Assembly (NCBI RefSeq): GCF_036321535.1
Contig: NC_087437.1
Span: 112,842,001 to 112,906,000, forward strand
Length of the DNA: 64,000 nucleotides
Source: Camelus dromedarius
Taxonomy: Eukaryota
Direction of reading: 5' to 3'
How positions within the stretch are numbered: the stretch's first letter is position 1; every line of letters starts with the position of its first letter. The translations under genes were made by a program, and so were the position numbers. The notes under the pieces were generated by a model. It was given only the letters and a program-made list of their open reading frames with translations. It had not been told where the DNA came from and did not search any database. Shown piece by piece: positions 23,501 through 34,824 of this stretch.

Positions 23501-23769
23501 ATGATCTGCATGACTTGTACATAACATAAGCTGTCAATTAATTCATTGGTCCAACAAACAGAATGAACATCTGCAAGGAGCTGCTGCTGTTCAGTAAATA
23601 ACAGACTCATTCCCTGCCCCCACAGTTTACAGCTGATACTCACAGGTGAACAGAAAAATGCCCTATAGCATGTTGAGTGCAATGAAGTGGAAGTTCATAA
23701 ATATGGTGCTTAACCTGGGCTTGGAGGATTTCCAGAAGGCTTCTAGGAGGAAATTATGTCCAAGCCGAG

Positions 23770-26013
23770 CTTAAATGTCATCTTCTCGGTGAGGACTTTC
23801 ATGTCCACCTTATTTAAAAACTTAGTCCCCTGGATATATGCCCAGGAGCGGGATTCCTGGTTCATATGCTAAGTCTATTCCTAGTCTTTTGAGGAATCTC
23901 CATCCCGTTTTCCACAGTGGCTGCACCAAACTGCATTCCCACCAGCAGTGTAGGAGGGTTCCCTTTTCTCCACAGCCTCTTTAGCATTTGTCATTTGTGG
24001 ACTTTTGAATGGTGGCCATTCTGACTGGTGTGAGGTAATACCTCTCCATTGTAGTTTTCATTTGAATTTCTCTGATAATTAGTGATATTGAGCATTTTTT
24101 CATGTGCCTATTGATCATTTGTATGTCTTCCTTGGAGAATTGGTTGTTTATGTCTTCTGCCCATTTTTGGATTGGGTTGTTTGTTTTTTTTCTTATTAAG
24201 TCGTATGAGCTGCTTATATATTCTGGAGATCAAGCCTTTGTCGGTTTCATCTCTTGCAAAAATTTTCTCCCATTCTGTAGGCTGTCGTTTTGTTTTGCTT
24301 ATGGTTTCCTTTGCTGTGCAGAAGCTTGTAAGTTTAATTAGGTCCCATTTGTTTATTCTTGTTTTTATTTCTATTGCTTGGGTAGACTGTCCTAGGAGAA
24401 CATTTTTGAGATGTATGTGAGATAATGTTTTGCCTATGTTTTCTTCTAGGAGGTTTATTGTATCTTGTCTTATGTTTAAGTTTTTGATCCATTTTGAGAT
24501 TATTTTTGTGTGTGGTGTAAGGGAGTGTTCTAGCTTCATTGATTTACATGCTGCTGTCCAGTTTTCCCAACACCATTTGCTGAAGAGACTCTTTATTTCA
24601 TTGTATATTCTTGCCTCCTTTGTTGAAGATTAGCTGACCAAAAGTTTGTGGGTTTATTTCTGGGCTCTCTATTCTGTTCCATTGGTCCATATGTCTGTTT
24701 TTGTACCAATACCATGCTGTCTTGATTACTGTAGCTCTGCAGTATTGTCTGAAGTCTGGGAGAGTTATTCCTCCAGCCTCTTTCTTTTTCTTCAGTAATG
24801 CTTTGGCAATTCTAGGTCCTTTGTGGTTCCATATAAATTTTATTGTGATTTGTTCTAGTTCTGTGAAATATGTGCTGGGTAATTTGATAAGGATTGCATT
24901 AAATCTGTAGATTGCCTTGGGTAGTGTGACCATTTTAACAATATTGATTCTTCCAATCCAGGAGCATGGGGTATCTTTCCATTTTTTTAAGTCTTTAATT
25001 TCCTTAATCAGTGTTTTATAGTTCTCTGTGTATAAGTCTTTCACCTCTTTGGTTAGCTTTATTCCTAGGTATTTTATTACTTTGGGTGCTATTTTAAAGG
25101 GAATTGTTTCTTTACTTTCTTTTCCTGTTGATTCATGACCCAGTAACCCCACTCCTGGCCATATATCCTGAAGGAACCCTACTTCAAGAAGACACCTGGA
25201 CCCCAATGTTCATAGCAGCACTATTTACAATAGCCAAGACATGGAAACAACCTAAATGTCCATCAACAGATGACTGGATAAAGAAGATGTAGTATATTTA
25301 AACAATGGAATACTATTCAGCCATAAAAACCGACAACATAACGCCATTTGCAGCAACATGGATGTCCCTGGAGAATGTCATTCTAAGTGAAGTAAGCCAG
25401 AAAGAGAAAGAAAAATGCCATATGAGATTGATCACATGTGAAATCTAAGAAAAAAAGAACAAACACAAAACAGAAACAGACTCATAGACATAGAATACAA
25501 ACTTGTGGTTGCCAAGGGAGAGAGGGGTGGGAAGGGACAGACTGGGAGCTCGCAATTTGTAGATACTGACAGGCATATGTAGAACAGGTAAACAAGATTA
25601 TACTGTATAGCACAGGGAAATATATACAAGATCTTGTGGTAGCTCGCAGTGAAAAAAAAAGCAACAATGAATATATGTATGCTCGTGTATAACTGAAAAA
25701 TTGTGCTCTACACTGGAAATTGACATAATGTTGTAAAATGACTGTAACTCAGTAAAAAATGTTAAAAAAAGGAATGTAACCCCACCATCTTGTCACCCAC
25801 CCTCCCTCCTGCTTAGCGCTCCTTTATATCACTTAGTACCACTGGACACAGTCTGCATTTCTGCTTGCTTATGCTTTGCATCTCCCTTCAACCAAAAACA
25901 TAAGCTCATAACTTTACTTTTCTCTTTTTTGTTCCCTACTGTATCCTCAGTGCCTAGAATAGTCAGTGGCACATAGTAGGCACTCAGCAGACATCTGTTG
26001 AATGAATGAATGG
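23770..26013 (+). mobile_element. L2 3' end split by a young L1
   Basis: cttaaatgtcatcttctcggtgagg (23770-23825) and tgtatcctcagtgcctagaatag...ggcacatagtaggcactcag...tgttgaatgaatgaatg (25775-26013). Confidence 0.75.
23831..25770 (+). mobile_element. Young lineage-specific L1, 5'-truncated with 5' inversion
   Basis: 23831-25136 is antisense ORF2 (long open frames 24108-24539 and 24598-25136). 25135-25770 is the sense ORF2 end, 3'UTR and A-tail. Confidence 0.92.
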
Positions 26014-26095
26014 GAAATGTAAGTGTTATAGGAACAGGAAAGAATATTCCAGGTGAGAAATCAGCATAAGCAAGGACCAGCAGGCAGAGTGCAGG

Positions 26096-26456
26096 GGGTC
26101 TGGGCTGCGACAACAGACTATTATAGACTGGGGGCTTATAAATGACAGACACTTACGTCTCACTGTTCTGGTGGCTGGGAGTCCAAGGCTGAGTTGCTAC
26201 CACATTTGGGGTGCGGTGAAGGCCCTCTTCCTGGTTCATAGTCCATCGTCTTCTCATTGTGTCCTCACGTGGTTGGGGTGGCAGGGAGCTCTGTGGGGTC
26301 TCTTTTACAAGGGCACTAATCTCATTCAAGAGGGCTCCAACCATATGATCTAATCACCTCCCAAAGCCCCATCTCCAAACACCATCACATTGGAGATGAG
26401 GTTTAAACATAAGAATTGGGGATTGGGGGGCAGATATACACATCGAGTCTACAGCA
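26096..26456 (-). mobile_element. MLT1A0-like solo LTR
   Basis: tatagactgggggcttataaatgacagac...ctcttttacaagggcactaatctcattc...taatcacctcccaaagcccc...ctacagca. Confidence 0.85.
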
Positions 26457-27198
26457 TATGTTTGACTGGAGTAGTAATACAGGAGAGTGGACTATGGAGA
26501 GATGAGACGAGGGGGCCAGTAAGGCCAGATTATGAAGGGGCTTGAAAACCTAGTTAAAGAGTTTGGATTTTCCTCTGAGGGGAATAAGGACAATCATAGT
26601 ATTTCATGTGAAAGCGACTGTAAGGTCTGGGTTTCCACACAGCTAGGGACTATGGGAAAGCGCCTACAATGTTCTGGGAGCGAGACGGTGACGATGTGAA
26701 CTAGGACCATTGCGGTTTGGGGAGAGGTACTTGGGAGGCGGCGTCGACAGGCCGGTTATGCTCGGTTGGCAGGGGCGGGTGAGGAGGCAGAAGACCCAGT
26801 GATCAGGAGTGGAGGCAGATTCAAGAAGCTTTGTGAGTGGGGGTGCCATTCACTGAGATGGAGGAGACGGCGGGGAGAGCAGGTTTGGGGTGAAGATGGT
26901 GAGTTTTCCACATGGGCTTTTCAATGGAACGTGTGGTTTTTCGAGCATTTTGTACAAATATGTCAGTCTGACAATGGTAACTGAAGCCATAGGAGTGGTG
27001 AGTCTCTTCCAGGAAAGTGAGAAAAGGAGGCGGCCTGCAGAAAACCCCGGGAGACACTGCCCATAGAAGGATGGAAAGAGAGAGAGAAGGCCAAGAAGGG
27101 AAGTGAGAAAAAGATTTCAGAGAGGCTCAGAGAAGATCAGGAATACGTGGGGTCTCAGGAGGGAAGGAATGCTGCCAGGTCAAGTTTAGATATGGAAG

Positions 27199-27637
27199 TG
27201 TTGTGGGTTTGAATTAGGTCTCCCTCACCTCCCCATCCCCCTAAATATGTTGAAGTCCTACCCCAGTACCTGTGCGGGTGATCTTATTTGGAAGTAGGAT
27301 CTTTGCAGAGATAAGAGGTGGTCATACCAGATTATAAGGTAGGCCCTGATCCAATGATGAGTGTCCTTAAAAGAAGAGGTAAGTTTGTCCAGGGAGACAC
27401 GCCAGGAAGAGGGCTGTGTGAAGATGAAGGCAAAGACTGGAGTGATGCAACTATAAGCCAAGAGCCAAGGCTTCTCAGCCACCACTAGAAACTAGAAGAG
27501 GCAAGAAAGTTTCCCAGCCCCAGCCACATCTTGCTCTCAGACATTTGGCTCCAGTGCTGTGAGAGAATAAATTCCTATTGTGTTAAGCCACCCGTCTTTG
27601 TGGTAGTTTGTTACAGCAGCCCCGAGAAACTAATATA
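27199..27637 (+). mobile_element. MLT1C-like solo LTR
   Basis: tgttgtgggtttgaatt...gagagaataaattcctattgtgttaagccacc...gaaactaatata. Perfect 5-bp TSD ggaag at 27194-27198 / 27638-27642. Confidence 0.9.
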
Positions 27638-28439
27638 GGAAGAGAAAGTGTCCATCAGATTTTGCAACAAGGACATCATAAGAAACCATGGTGAGAGCAG
27701 CACTGGGGTAGCAGTAGCAGTGAGGGGGCCTAGGCTGCAGAGGGCGGTGGACCTAACCACAAGGGAGAAATAGAGACCATGCACAGGTGACTCTTTCCAA
27801 AAATTGGGCTGTCTATGGAAAGGAAGAGGAGGGCAATCGCTAGAAGGTGTTGAGATTTTATTTTTAACACAAGCATTTGATAATATTTAAATGCTGATGG
27901 AAAGAGCCAATAGGGAGGAAAATATTTTCTGAAAATACAAGGGAAGAATCTGTCACAAGCAAAGCCTCTTAAGGGGGTCGGTATGGGCTCTAGAGTGGAG
28001 GTTGGCGAGCTCAGGTGAAGATGCTGGTAGGTCTGGAGGTCTGGCTGCAGGAAGCCAAGGGAGTGGACCGGGCAGCTCTCTTGGGGCTGGAGTACAAGGC
28101 CATCCTGAGGGCGGGCATGGTTGGGCCACTCAGAGGTTTGAGCAATGAGAACAAGGCTGCCATAGCCACCGGGCAGAACAAGAGGGCTGACGGGAGACAT
28201 GGAGCGTTGCCAGGCCCCACAGATGACCCAGGTGGAGGTGGGGTCTAGCAGAGGTTGTGGTTGCCTCCCCGACCCACCCCCTTTTCCTTGCTGCCTGAAC
28301 CCCTGTGTCAGGAGCCCACCACTCAGGGAAGATGCCTTGTCTCCTGTTCTGTTGGATATCAAGTCTGCACGAAGGTTAGGGTATTAATGCCAACTACTGT
28401 CAGTGGGCTAACCTCACACATGTTTATATCTTGTCTATT

Positions 28440-28960
28440 AAGTCAGCGGCCCTCCTCAAGTGAAGACTCAGGGATTCAGTTTCCTTCCACCCTGTAATAT
28501 TACCAGATCTATTCTCTGAAGAAGAGGAAATAAGAGGGTGGGCCATTGTATGTGGGGCTAGGCTCATCCTTTTGGTCCACATCCTATTGGCCAGAACCCA
28601 GTCATATGACCTTAATTAACATCAAGGGAATCTGGGAAATGTAATCTTTCTTATGCCCAGGTGAAAGAATGGAACTGGTCAGCATATAGCAAGTCTCAGC
28701 CCCCGTATGTGATGCCTGGAATTATGGCAGCCACAGTGCAACCATGAGGGCAATTAATCTGGTGTGTTAAAGATGAAAGGGCAGGGGAGATGCAAAGAAA
28801 CTGAGTCCTTACTGACATCACCAAATAGCCAATTTAGTCAACCTGGGGCTGTACTTTCTTTAGATTTTTTTTTAATGGGAAATAATAAACTTTTCCGATT
28901 ATCAAACTTTTTTGAATTGGCAAATTGGGTTTTTTGTTACCACCAAAAACATTCCCATTT
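28440..28960. mobile_element. Two old MaLR LTR fragments (MLT1J/K-like), opposite orientations
   Basis: cacatcctattggccagaacccagtcatatgacc...aagggaatctgggaaatgtaatc (to ~28690) and gatgcctggaattatggcagccac...caaccatgaggg (28700-28960). Confidence 0.6.
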
Positions 28961-29299
28961 AGAAACCATGAATTTAATTACATTACTTAAACAAGTTATT
29001 ACCCTTAGATAATTATATTTCATTTTAGGTGAAGTGGTGGAACACAAGCTAGTCTTGGTTTCAGGAGAGTCACCTTGTTTGATCTCTTTTTGTAACCCCA
29101 CTGGGAAATGAGAATGAAAATACTTTTTGCCTTGGAGTTAGAGTAGGAGTGACTATTTGCATGAAATTCACATTCTGTAAGAAACAATCAAGCATATGAC
29201 TCTGCCAATCGGCATCTTCAACAGTCGGTCATTGGCTGACCATACACACGTGAGCTGCTTCACAATCCTCTCTAAGAGACTTCATTCCCTTAATGATCC

Positions 29300-29690
29300 A
29301 ACATTTATGTAGAATCTGCTACGTGTGATTTCTTCTATTTTCATCTGCTAGATTGTGCACTACCCAGGAATGATATTTATCTTTATTTTTATACCCTTGT
29401 TACCTAGCAAACAGGATTTGAAACATAGGTGGCCCCTAAATAAGAATTTGTTGAACAAAATGTGAACTGATTTTCCTGGTAGAGTTGAAAGCATGTGGAT
29501 TTCAATTTCAGACAGGGCTGGAATGGAATCTTGACTGTGATGCAGTGACTGGGTGACCTTGGGAAAGTTACTTAGTTCAGCAGAGCCTCAGATTCCTACG
29601 TATTGGGGATAAAAATCCACAAAGGAACCTGTGTAAAGGGTCTGGTGTGTTGCCTGGCACCAAACAGGCACATAGTAAATAGCTGTTCCC
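29300..29690 (+). mobile_element. L2 3' tail followed by MIR
   Basis: aaataagaatttgttgaa (L2 tail) and tgggtgaccttgggaaagttactt...gagcctcagattcct (MIR core). Confidence 0.7.
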
Positions 29691-30224
29691 CTCTGTCTTC
29701 AAGAACAGTATAGATCAAGCCATGCCCTGTTCTCCAATTGATGAATATTGTAGAAATCCGAGTTTTATGGTAAACGTAATTAAGAAGGTGAATCTGCTGC
29801 TGGAAAATTATGTAAAGCACTTGCAAATTATTTTTGCATTCGTTTCTGCTTTGTGTGATATACAACAGGGTTTCCTGCTATTTGTCCAGTAAATTGAGAG
29901 CCAGTCATCCTTCATTTTAACTCCCACGTGTTCAGAGGCTCCCCCAGACACACAAAGGCAAAGAAAAATGTCTTCTCTCCTTTTTTTCGGAAGCATTTCC
30001 CTTTCCAGCTGAGCTAAAGGGTAGCTTAAATTCCAACCTCATGTTAGTATTGTAGACTCTGATCAACTGTTCTTTTTAGTTTAAGTTACTTCTTTCACAA
30101 CAGACCTGGGATACACGATTTTATGGCAAGGTTGGACAGGAGAAACTCGTCCCCCTTGGCCCTTGCTGTGGAGGAAAAGCAGAGAGTGTAGCTTCTGCTT
30201 ATTTTGTTTGAATTAAATCCAGGG

Positions 30225-30370
30225 CTTCTGAGCTTGGGTCTCAGCTCTGTGACTCAGCTGCAACGTGGTGTTTCACTTCGAGTGTGTGCCCTGGCCTTGG
30301 TTCCCGCTTCTATAAAATGAAGGTTTTAGGCCAGATCATTCTGGATGTTCCTTAAGTTCTGAATTCTGTG
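30225..30370 (+). mobile_element. MIR3-like fragment
   Basis: ctcagctctgtgactcagctg...ggccttggttcccgcttctataaaatgaagg...tctgaattctgtg. Confidence 0.55.
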
Positions 30371-30479
30371 CTACAGGTTTCTTTGCTGCTTCTTTCTCCT
30401 CTTCTTGAGTCCTTATTTCAATATTCATTTCTTAAATAATTCGAAACAAGAGCAGCGTCAACCAGTGCTCCATTCTTTT

Positions 30480-30760
30480 TCCATAGAGGGGATGGAAAAA
30501 AAGAAATAGCCTAGTGTCCAATAAAAAGGAAAAGGCTAAGTAAATTACAATCACCTCACAGAAATATTGTCCAGTGATCAAAGAGGGTGTTTCTGAAGAC
30601 TTTCTAGTAAAACAGCAACATGTTTTTGTATGATGTTAAATGAGAAAGGCAGAAGTTAAATCATCCCTCTATCATGATAACAATAATCTACAAAATATAC
30701 AGGAATATACTGAAAAATTCTAGAAGGGAGTAAAAAAGTGAAAACCGTTGCTGTGTAAAA
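30480..30760 (+). mobile_element. Degraded L1ME-type 3' fragment
   Basis: aatagcctagtgtccaataaaaaggaaaaggctaagtaaatt...atgttaaatgagaaaggcag. Confidence 0.5.
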
Positions 30761-31155
30761 AATATTATTCTCCCACTTCTTGTGAGAAGGAAGTTTTCAA
30801 TATATTTTAGGTTTTTCATTGGGTGTCTTGTCCTGTAAATTCATCGAAGGTAGACCAATGGCTTCAGGTGCCTTCAATGCTAGGTGGGGTTGGAGGATGG
30901 CTGACTTCAAAGAGGTTGGATTCCAGACCCTCCCGCCTCTATGTCCAAGTTCCTCCCCCACTGGGGAGCTTGTCTTGGTGACAGTGAGGGAGAAAATTTG
31001 TTCCCTAAATAGACTGGGCTTTGCTTGACTCTGCCTGCCCTTTTTCTTCTTCCTTTTTTCTTGTTGTTATTTACTTTCCCCCATATCTTGTTTTCCATTA
31101 AGGAACAATTTAGACACAATTAAATGCACAGATCTGATGTGTACAGTTCCTTGAG

Positions 31156-31271
31156 GTTTTTTTTTTTTTGTATGTGTATATATATATATATTTTTTTTTT
31201 ATTGAAGTCTAGTCAGTTACAATGTTGTATCAGTTTCCGGTGTGCAGCATAATACTTCAGTCTCACATGAT
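31156..31271 (-). mobile_element. Short L1 3' end with T/(TA)n tail
   Basis: tttattgaagtctagtcagttacaatgttg. TSD agttccttgag 31145-31155 / agttccatgag 31272-31282. Confidence 0.85.
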
Positions 31272-31567
31272 AGTTCCATGAGTTTGATAAATGTATACAT
31301 TCATGTATACTCTGCAGTCAAGGCACAGGACATTTCATCCCGGGAGAGAGTTCTCTGTGCCCCTTTCCCTCCAGGCTATCATTATTTTGATTTCTATCAA
31401 CATAGATTAGTTTTGCCTGTTCTAGAATTTGATGTCAATGAAATCGTACAGAAGTTCTTTTTTTTTTTTGTCTGGCTTCTTTCACTCAACGTACTGTTTT
31501 CAAGATTCGTTCATCATATTGTGTGTATTAGCAGCTCACTCCCTCCTTTCCCTAGGAAGTCTGGTCC

Positions 31568-32044
31568 TGTGGTTGACTGAATAATGGCCCCAAAGATATC
31601 CAGTCCCAATCTCTGGAAACTTTGAATCTCATTTTATGTTGTAAAAAGGGACTTTGTGGGTGTAATTAAGCAAAGGATCTTGAGATGGAAAAATTAGCTT
31701 GGAATATCCAGGAAGGTCCTAAATGTAATCACAAATATAAGGGAGGAAGAGGGAGATCTGACTACAGATGAGGAAAAGCAGTGTGACCACAGAGGCACAG
31801 ATTAAGTGATGCCCTTTGAAAGAGCTGTAAACCAAGGAATATGGAGACTAGAAGCTGGAGAAGGAAGGAAACAGATTGTCTCCTGGAGCCTCCAGAAGGA
31901 ACCAGCCATGCCAACATCTGGATTTTAACCTAGCAAAAGTGACTTCAGACTTCTGACCTCCAGAACGGTAAGAGAATAAACGTGTGTTGTTTTAAGCCAC
32001 GAGTTTATGGTAATTTGTTATAACAGCAACAGGAAATGAATATA
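31568..32044 (+). mobile_element. MLT1D-like solo LTR
   Basis: tgtggttgactgaataatggccccaaagatatcc...gacttctgacctccagaacggtaagagaataaa...cagcaacaggaaatgaatata. Confidence 0.9.
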
Positions 32045-32871
32045 ATTCCATTGACTGGATATACCAGAGTTGGTTTATCCATTCACTTCTTGATACATTT
32101 GAATTATTTGCTGTTTGGGGCTATTTTGAACTAAATTGCTAAGAATATTCTTATACAAGTCCTTGTGTGGACATAGGTTTTCATTTCTCTTGGGTAAATA
32201 TACCTAGGAATGGAATTACTGGGGCAGACAGCGAGTGTGTGTTTAACTTTATAAGAAACATTCCGTTTTCACAGTGATTGTACCATTTTACATGTCCACA
32301 AACACAGCATGAGATCTGATCCTCTCAAAAACAAACAAACAAACAAACAAAAAAGAAGCTGGGGTCATTCATCCCAAAAGGTAAGGATTTGGTGGGAGTC
32401 AATTCCTGGGTCCTTTCTGAATGATTCCAGGACCTGAGTGTGTTTCCAGAGTCCTCAGCCTGAGCTCTAGGACAGATTTATGCCTGGGTTTTTTCCCTTT
32501 CTTTTCTTTTCTTAAAAAAGAAATAATTCACCTGCCTAATTGCCCCCATCCTCTTTCCTCTCCCCTCTGTCACTGGGCGCCTGATTAGCACGCACTGTAC
32601 TTTCTCTGTGGGTGGGAGTCACAACCCGAGAGGCCTGGGCGACCCAGGGAACAGGAGCCAGCAAGTCTAGACCTCGGGGTCCTGACAGTGACACGGAGAG
32701 CAAGAACGCAGCACGCTGAATGCCTTTCCCGTGGGGGCAGTCAACCGTATTATTCTTCAGTTAATGGAATTTTCTTGCTTCTCTAAGTAGAAAAACACCA
32801 GTAGCCCAGATGCCGCCCACTACAGTAGCTGATAAAACATTCAGAGAAAAGGGACAAATCTTGCTGGATCT

Positions 32872-32945
32872 GTTGGTGTTTTTGTTGTTGTTTTTGTTGT
32901 TGTTTTTGTTATTCGTGCTTTCTTTTTCTTTTTCTTTTTTTTTCA
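32872..32945. repeat. (TTG)n/T-rich simple repeat
   Basis: tgttggtgtttttgttgttgtttttgttgttgtttttgtt followed by a T-rich run. Confidence 0.8.
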
Positions 32946-33349
32946 CCTAAAGAAAACTTGCTGGGGCCCCTTCCAACCCTAGATCTCTCTAGATTCCAGA
33001 AGTCTTCTGAGGTTAAACTCAAGAACAAAGAGGTCGTTGTTTTTCAGATGCAGTCGTGTTGAGCTGAGTTTTGACACCTGAGAGGATCTGGAATTTGGGG
33101 GGCAGCAGGTTTATTCCCATGATTCTCAAACCTGCTCAGATCATTGATGTTTGAAAAAAATGGTGCATTAGCTTGCTGAAACACTTCTCCCGTCCTTTCC
33201 ATGTACAGTAGCCACGTAGTAGTTCCTGCACAGCATGCCACCTTCCCAGCACACATCTTCCGTCTGAGATTGTGTTAAATTCTGGGACAACATTTGGAAC
33301 TCCTGAGTTTATATTTGTACAGTCCCTGTTATCTTTCCTCGGTCTGCAG

Positions 33350-33753
33350 GCCAACATTGGGAACCCAAGATCCTGGCTGTCATTTGGGACCCTTTGGGGC
33401 CAAGGACAGTCTTGGACAATATCACTGGGGCTGGACCCATCCTGATTGTTAGTCCTGGAACTCAGGGATGGCCCTTTGGCAGTGACTGAATGGGGCTCCC
33501 ATGCCAGGCTGGCCGGATGTTGGCTTGGGAGCCCTCTTTGCGCGCAGTGGTCGGTACAATTCCTCTCCCCGCTGTGCGGTCATAAAAGCTCTGGAATGCA
33601 AGCCCAGCATGAGGTCCAAGCATGAGCTTGCACAGAAGTGGAAGCCTCATGGGAAGGCTGGTACACAGCCTTGCAAAGGAAGGTGTTTGGATAGGCCCCT
33701 GGGCTTCATGATGATTGAGACGCGGACCTGCTTGGTTAACCCTCCTTGACATG
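33350..33753 (+). other. Candidate spliced exon, probably non-coding
   Basis: Acceptor-like tatctttcctcggtctgcAG|G at 33348-33350 and consensus donor ATG|GTAAGT at 33751-33759, in unique, moderately CpG-containing sequence. Confidence 0.25.
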
Positions 33754-33904
33754 GTAAGTGCTGCACAGGGTTTAGATGAGACATTCCTCCCCGAGCATCT
33801 GCACCCTGTGGTTCTGGAATGTGAGAGCAGCGTGGGGTATGGGCACCTGCCTGTCCTTTCCAGGCTGAGCCAGTGAGCACTGAGGTCTATACCCTATAGG
33901 AGCC

Positions 33905-34095
33905 GTAGTGCAGCAGAGCTCTGTGAAAAGAACAGGGGACTAGGATATGAAGATGAGGATGTGAGTGGAGTCGTTTACTCGTGCTGAGTCCTAACTTCCT
34001 CATCTGTAAAGTGGAGGGTGCCGCTCTCACTTCCTCCCAGGGGGGTTGTGAGGGTCAGAGGAGACCTTGTGAAGGGCTGTGCTTGGTCAAGTGTT
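33905..34095 (+). mobile_element. MIR SINE
   Basis: ctgagtcctaacttcctcatctgtaaagtggagg...gggttgtgagggtcaga. Confidence 0.7.
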
Positions 34096-34824
34096 GAGGC
34101 CACCTAGAGGTGGGTGATTATTCTCGGTTGGGAGGCAGTACTCATTCAGGCAGCATGAAAGAGTTCCTGTCTTGGGCAGGAAATGGGATCCCTGGGTGGG
34201 ATCCAGGGAAGAGGTTAGTACACAGAGAGGAGGTACACTTGATCAGAAGGATGGTACCTAAGGAGAAGACTGCTACTCAAGAGAAGGATGAGACCCAGTG
34301 AGGAGATACAGACTCAGTAGAGAGATATGGACTCAGTGGGGAGGTTCACACTTGACAAGGCTCGTCACCTGACTGACCCATAAAGAGGTCTGATGACCAA
34401 GGTCAGATGAGATGGAAAGAGATGGCTTGCGCAGTTGGTCACATTTAAATCAAACGCAGCAGCACATCTTGATGTGCTTGCCCATGGGGAGGTGTTTTAG
34501 AACACCCATTTGTCTGCAATGGTTTTAAATTTCCTCCCAAGGAACACGAGTTAAAGTTAAAGTCAACATTACTATGATCAAATGGCTCTCATATTTCTCC
34601 CGCCTGGAAATATCTACAATTCCTTAAAACAATGTTTCAATTTACCATAAGTTTGGAGGAATTTTAAAATGTAATAACTGCCCTCCCCTTTCCTCTTCCT
34701 GCCTCCCACTCCTGGTCTTCTGGAGACAGCGGTACATACATGGATTTTCCATCAAGGGGAGACTGTTCATCCTTTATTTGGGCACCTCTGTCTTTGCTGA
34801 AGTGAAGTTCATGACAAACCTACA

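Larger units (their letters stand above)
23535..28000 (-). mobile_element. Long fragmented L2 hosting nested insertions
   Basis: Antisense L2 pieces at 23535-23770, 26020-26090, 26457-27198 and 27643-~28000, e.g. gaaggcttctaggaggaa, ggccagattatgaaggggcttgaaaacc and agagtttggattttcctctgag. Confidence 0.7.
31095..32320 (-). mobile_element. Old L1 (L1ME/MB) 3' region with two nested insertions
   Basis: catagattagttttgcctgttctagaattt...gtctggcttctttcactcaac and ttcatttctcttgggtaaatatacctaggaatggaatt. Confidence 0.8.

Noticed and set aside
23097..23745. Repeated ttccagaaggcttc (~23100 and ~23729) as a heat-shock element
   Set aside because: The spacing does not give three in-phase nGAAn units, and at least the second copy is an L2 motif.
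24108..24539. ORF as a cellular gene
   Set aside because: It is an L1 ORF2 C-terminal region fragment in the inverted arm of a truncated L1.
27730..28362. 210-aa ORF, the longest in the track
   Set aside because: It partly overlaps L2-derived sequence, has no recognisable domain, and looks like a chance GC-rich frame.
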